A stretch of 64,000 nt of DNA from Takakia lepidozioides. Taxonomy: Eukaryota > Plantae > Bryophyta. The position numbers and the translations under genes are program-made. Positions 61,601-64,000 of this stretch are shown here, piece by piece. The stretch covers positions 72,726,001 through 72,790,000 of the forward strand of contig CM060731.1 of NCBI GenBank assembly GCA_030704615.1, in the 5' to 3' direction. The notes beneath the pieces are model-generated. The model was not told the origin of the DNA, made no database searches, and saw nothing but the letters and a program-made list of their open reading frames with translations. Numbering within the stretch: the first letter of the stretch is position 1; every line of letters starts with the position of its first letter.

Positions 61601-64000
61601 GATATACTAGCGCCAATGGGGTCTGGTCGACTTATCTGGACAAGGGGCTCGGCATCTTTCACTCAATACGCAAGAAAAATTCAAAAAATTCTACATGTAT
61701 TCGGATAGCAATTCTTGCATTTCCACTTGTCCATGAGTTCTAAATGCGAGATGAACAATTTCCAGGTCGGAGTCCACTGTACAGTAATAATTTTTTTTTT
61801 CTGCACACCCAGTCACTGAACCTAGGTATTATTTGGGCTTCTCCCAGCCTCGAATCAGATCTGGTAACTCGCGCAACGTCATAATTCTAACCCACTTGAT
61901 CGTGGCAAGAAATGTTTTAGTTGCCTCTTCATCATGCCGTAAAAGCGGTGTCGGAGCCAGCTTCATCATTTCAACTGATACGTGAGAGACGCATCTGATG
62001 ATATTTACTGGCAGGCTCCAAAAGCCTTAAATAAAAATGGAGACTTAACGAAGTGAGCACCGAGAACCTAGTAGACATGACAACCTACTGGGAGTAAATA
62101 ACGCTTGGTTTGGGCCGCTTTGAATGCTGCTGCGTGCAGGGTGTTAGGAAGATCCCAAACCCGAGTGCCCGTTTTCTCTCGTTGTCACTACTATACGTAG
62201 CTTACTTCCAAATCTGGAAAGTAATAATCTCCTCACCTCTTGGAGTTGAGGGTTTCTTTGTGAGAACTCCTCGCCTGGAGTGTGGAACAACTGGCTACAT
62301 GTGACATGCTATTACAAGGGCCCACCCACTAAACCCAACTAGTCGCACCTCGTGTCCACCTCCCCTAAAACTAGCGGCTGTGGTATCCATGACTAAGGCT
62401 TGGAACTGTAATGTAAGCGTGAGACGTGCTTTGAAACCCAGCAATCATCGCCACAGTCACAGGGCTAATAAAACAAGGGTGAATCTAGATTTCAACTTCG
62501 AACTAGTGTGCACTGAGGTCCCCCTCTTCTCCGTATTATATTGGGTATACAGTGCACACAACATTTCAACGAACGGGGAGAACTGGCAGCCAGTTACATG
62601 CTAGCCGAGTGGTTTCGAGGAATTTCCGAGCACTTGATAATTGAAATCTTAGAAACTTTATAGAGGAAGGTTACAAAGGTAATTGACCGATTGTAGTTAC
62701 CACTACTTAGGGGAAGCAACCGACTCCCCAACCCAGGCTGGTTCTAGAATGAGGGGCCACTACTCAAATTATTTCCCTGACGCAGCAACATTTGTTTCAC
62801 CGCCGGCCGGCAAAGCTTCCTTGTCGAGGCAGGCTTGGACGCTTGGACCTTCGTGTTGGAGGTATTTGATCATTTGTCAAGATTTTGACTGGAATTTGAC
62901 TTGGGGTCCCATGAGAGCTCCTGAATCCCGCAGCTTAATAAGTACAGTACAGTACTTTTACTACCCACATTCTCCAAGCACATGCCATGCCGCATGATGA
63001 GAGATAAATTTCAGGGAGCTTGGCACATTGATGGCTGCCTAACTAGTAAGATGCTGTAATCTCACACCAGAGCTGAAATCATCAGTAGAATCGCAGCATC
63101 CCATAATTCTTGTCACGCCTCATCAGGCAGATGCAGGAGGTGTGCACCATCCATGCGTCACATCGCAAATCTGAGTAATATCCTGAGAAAAAAACACCCA
63201 ATTGGCAAGCCTCCAATGGGATATCCTACGCCAAATTTGGACTGAAACACGCCAGCAAATTAGGAGTTCCCTTTCTGTCAGGCTCCACTGGGATCTGGAA
63301 ACTAATCTAATCCTAAGTCGCTGACGTCCATGGAATCCAACTTCAAAGCTCCAGGCACGGATCATTGAAGCCTCTGGCAACAAAGTCTATCTCAAGCTGC
63401 TCCATCCTTGTACTGAATATGATGGGCACCAGGGGATTTTAGTATGTACTGCGCAGATTGCCCCAACTTGTAAATGTATAAGCTAATGACTGCCTTAATG
63501 TCCCGTTCAAGATTTGTAACAGAGGGGAATATAAAGCTAGAAACTGGGGTACAATTTAGTATAACTTCCAAAATTGAACAACAGCTAATTTTGCTGAGGC
63601 TTGGGATGGGATGGAGCGAAGAACTGTAGAAGAGTTCAGTAGATTCCCAACAAAAAGAAGTGTGCTAAATCACCTGAGAATGAGATATGGAATATTCTCA
63701 ATAACAAGTAAGGCCAATCTATCTAGAACTTTGGGCCGGCAACACCAAGCCAGCTAAGTTGGCTGGGAATCTAGTTGACAGGATACATGATCCCAATGTT
63801 GGTTACAATTTGGCGAGATAGTGCTGAGAAAATGGCTTGGCATTACAAAACCCAATTGATTGAATTTGTGAATGAATGACGTCGGAAGAAAGAAAGACAA
63901 TCAACGTGGGCGTCGGGACAAGTGAGTCTAAAGACATGTGAGCAAAAAAGTTATGGGGTTTCCAGCTGGTTCAAACTTGTCCAGCAAAACAAACGTAATG

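Noticed and set aside
59000-64000. GC-rich ORFs upstream of the zinc-finger gene and distal ORFs
   Set aside because: Likely promoter/UTR and intergenic DNA; no supportable product.

Overview
Eukaryotic nuclear DNA from a land plant, probably non-seed (spliceosomal introns, PLS-class PPR relics, bryophyte-type TEs; the lineage is inference). The left ~33 kb is a nested TE and rearrangement zone. It holds CACTA (En/Spm) TnpA-like and TnpD-like genes head-to-head, with TnpA followed by an FCP1/NIF HAD-phosphatase domain broken by a 0.44-kb micro-inversion. It also holds a Gypsy integrase remnant ending in a PHD finger, a full-length chromodomain Gypsy (24563-31439, TSD CGTGT) and several PPR pseudogenes. 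One PPR gene with an OSB-type 'PDF' motif appears split in two by a CACTA insertion plus an inversion. The main find is a 9-exon minus-strand gene (~16541-22815) encoding a ParB/Srx-like domain fused to a prokaryote-type beta-class N4C/N6A DNA methyltransferase. Its first intron holds 18 copies of a 38-bp palindrome at ~116-bp spacing. This is a candidate TE-borne ParB-MTase plus target-array epigenetic module; this copy has 3 stops and 1 frameshift. The right half has MITEs, CRE-type non-LTR fragments and three host genes on the minus strand: ARL8 GTPase, a PP2C and a SUPERMAN-like C2H2 zinc finger. All calls are by eye; no searches were run.
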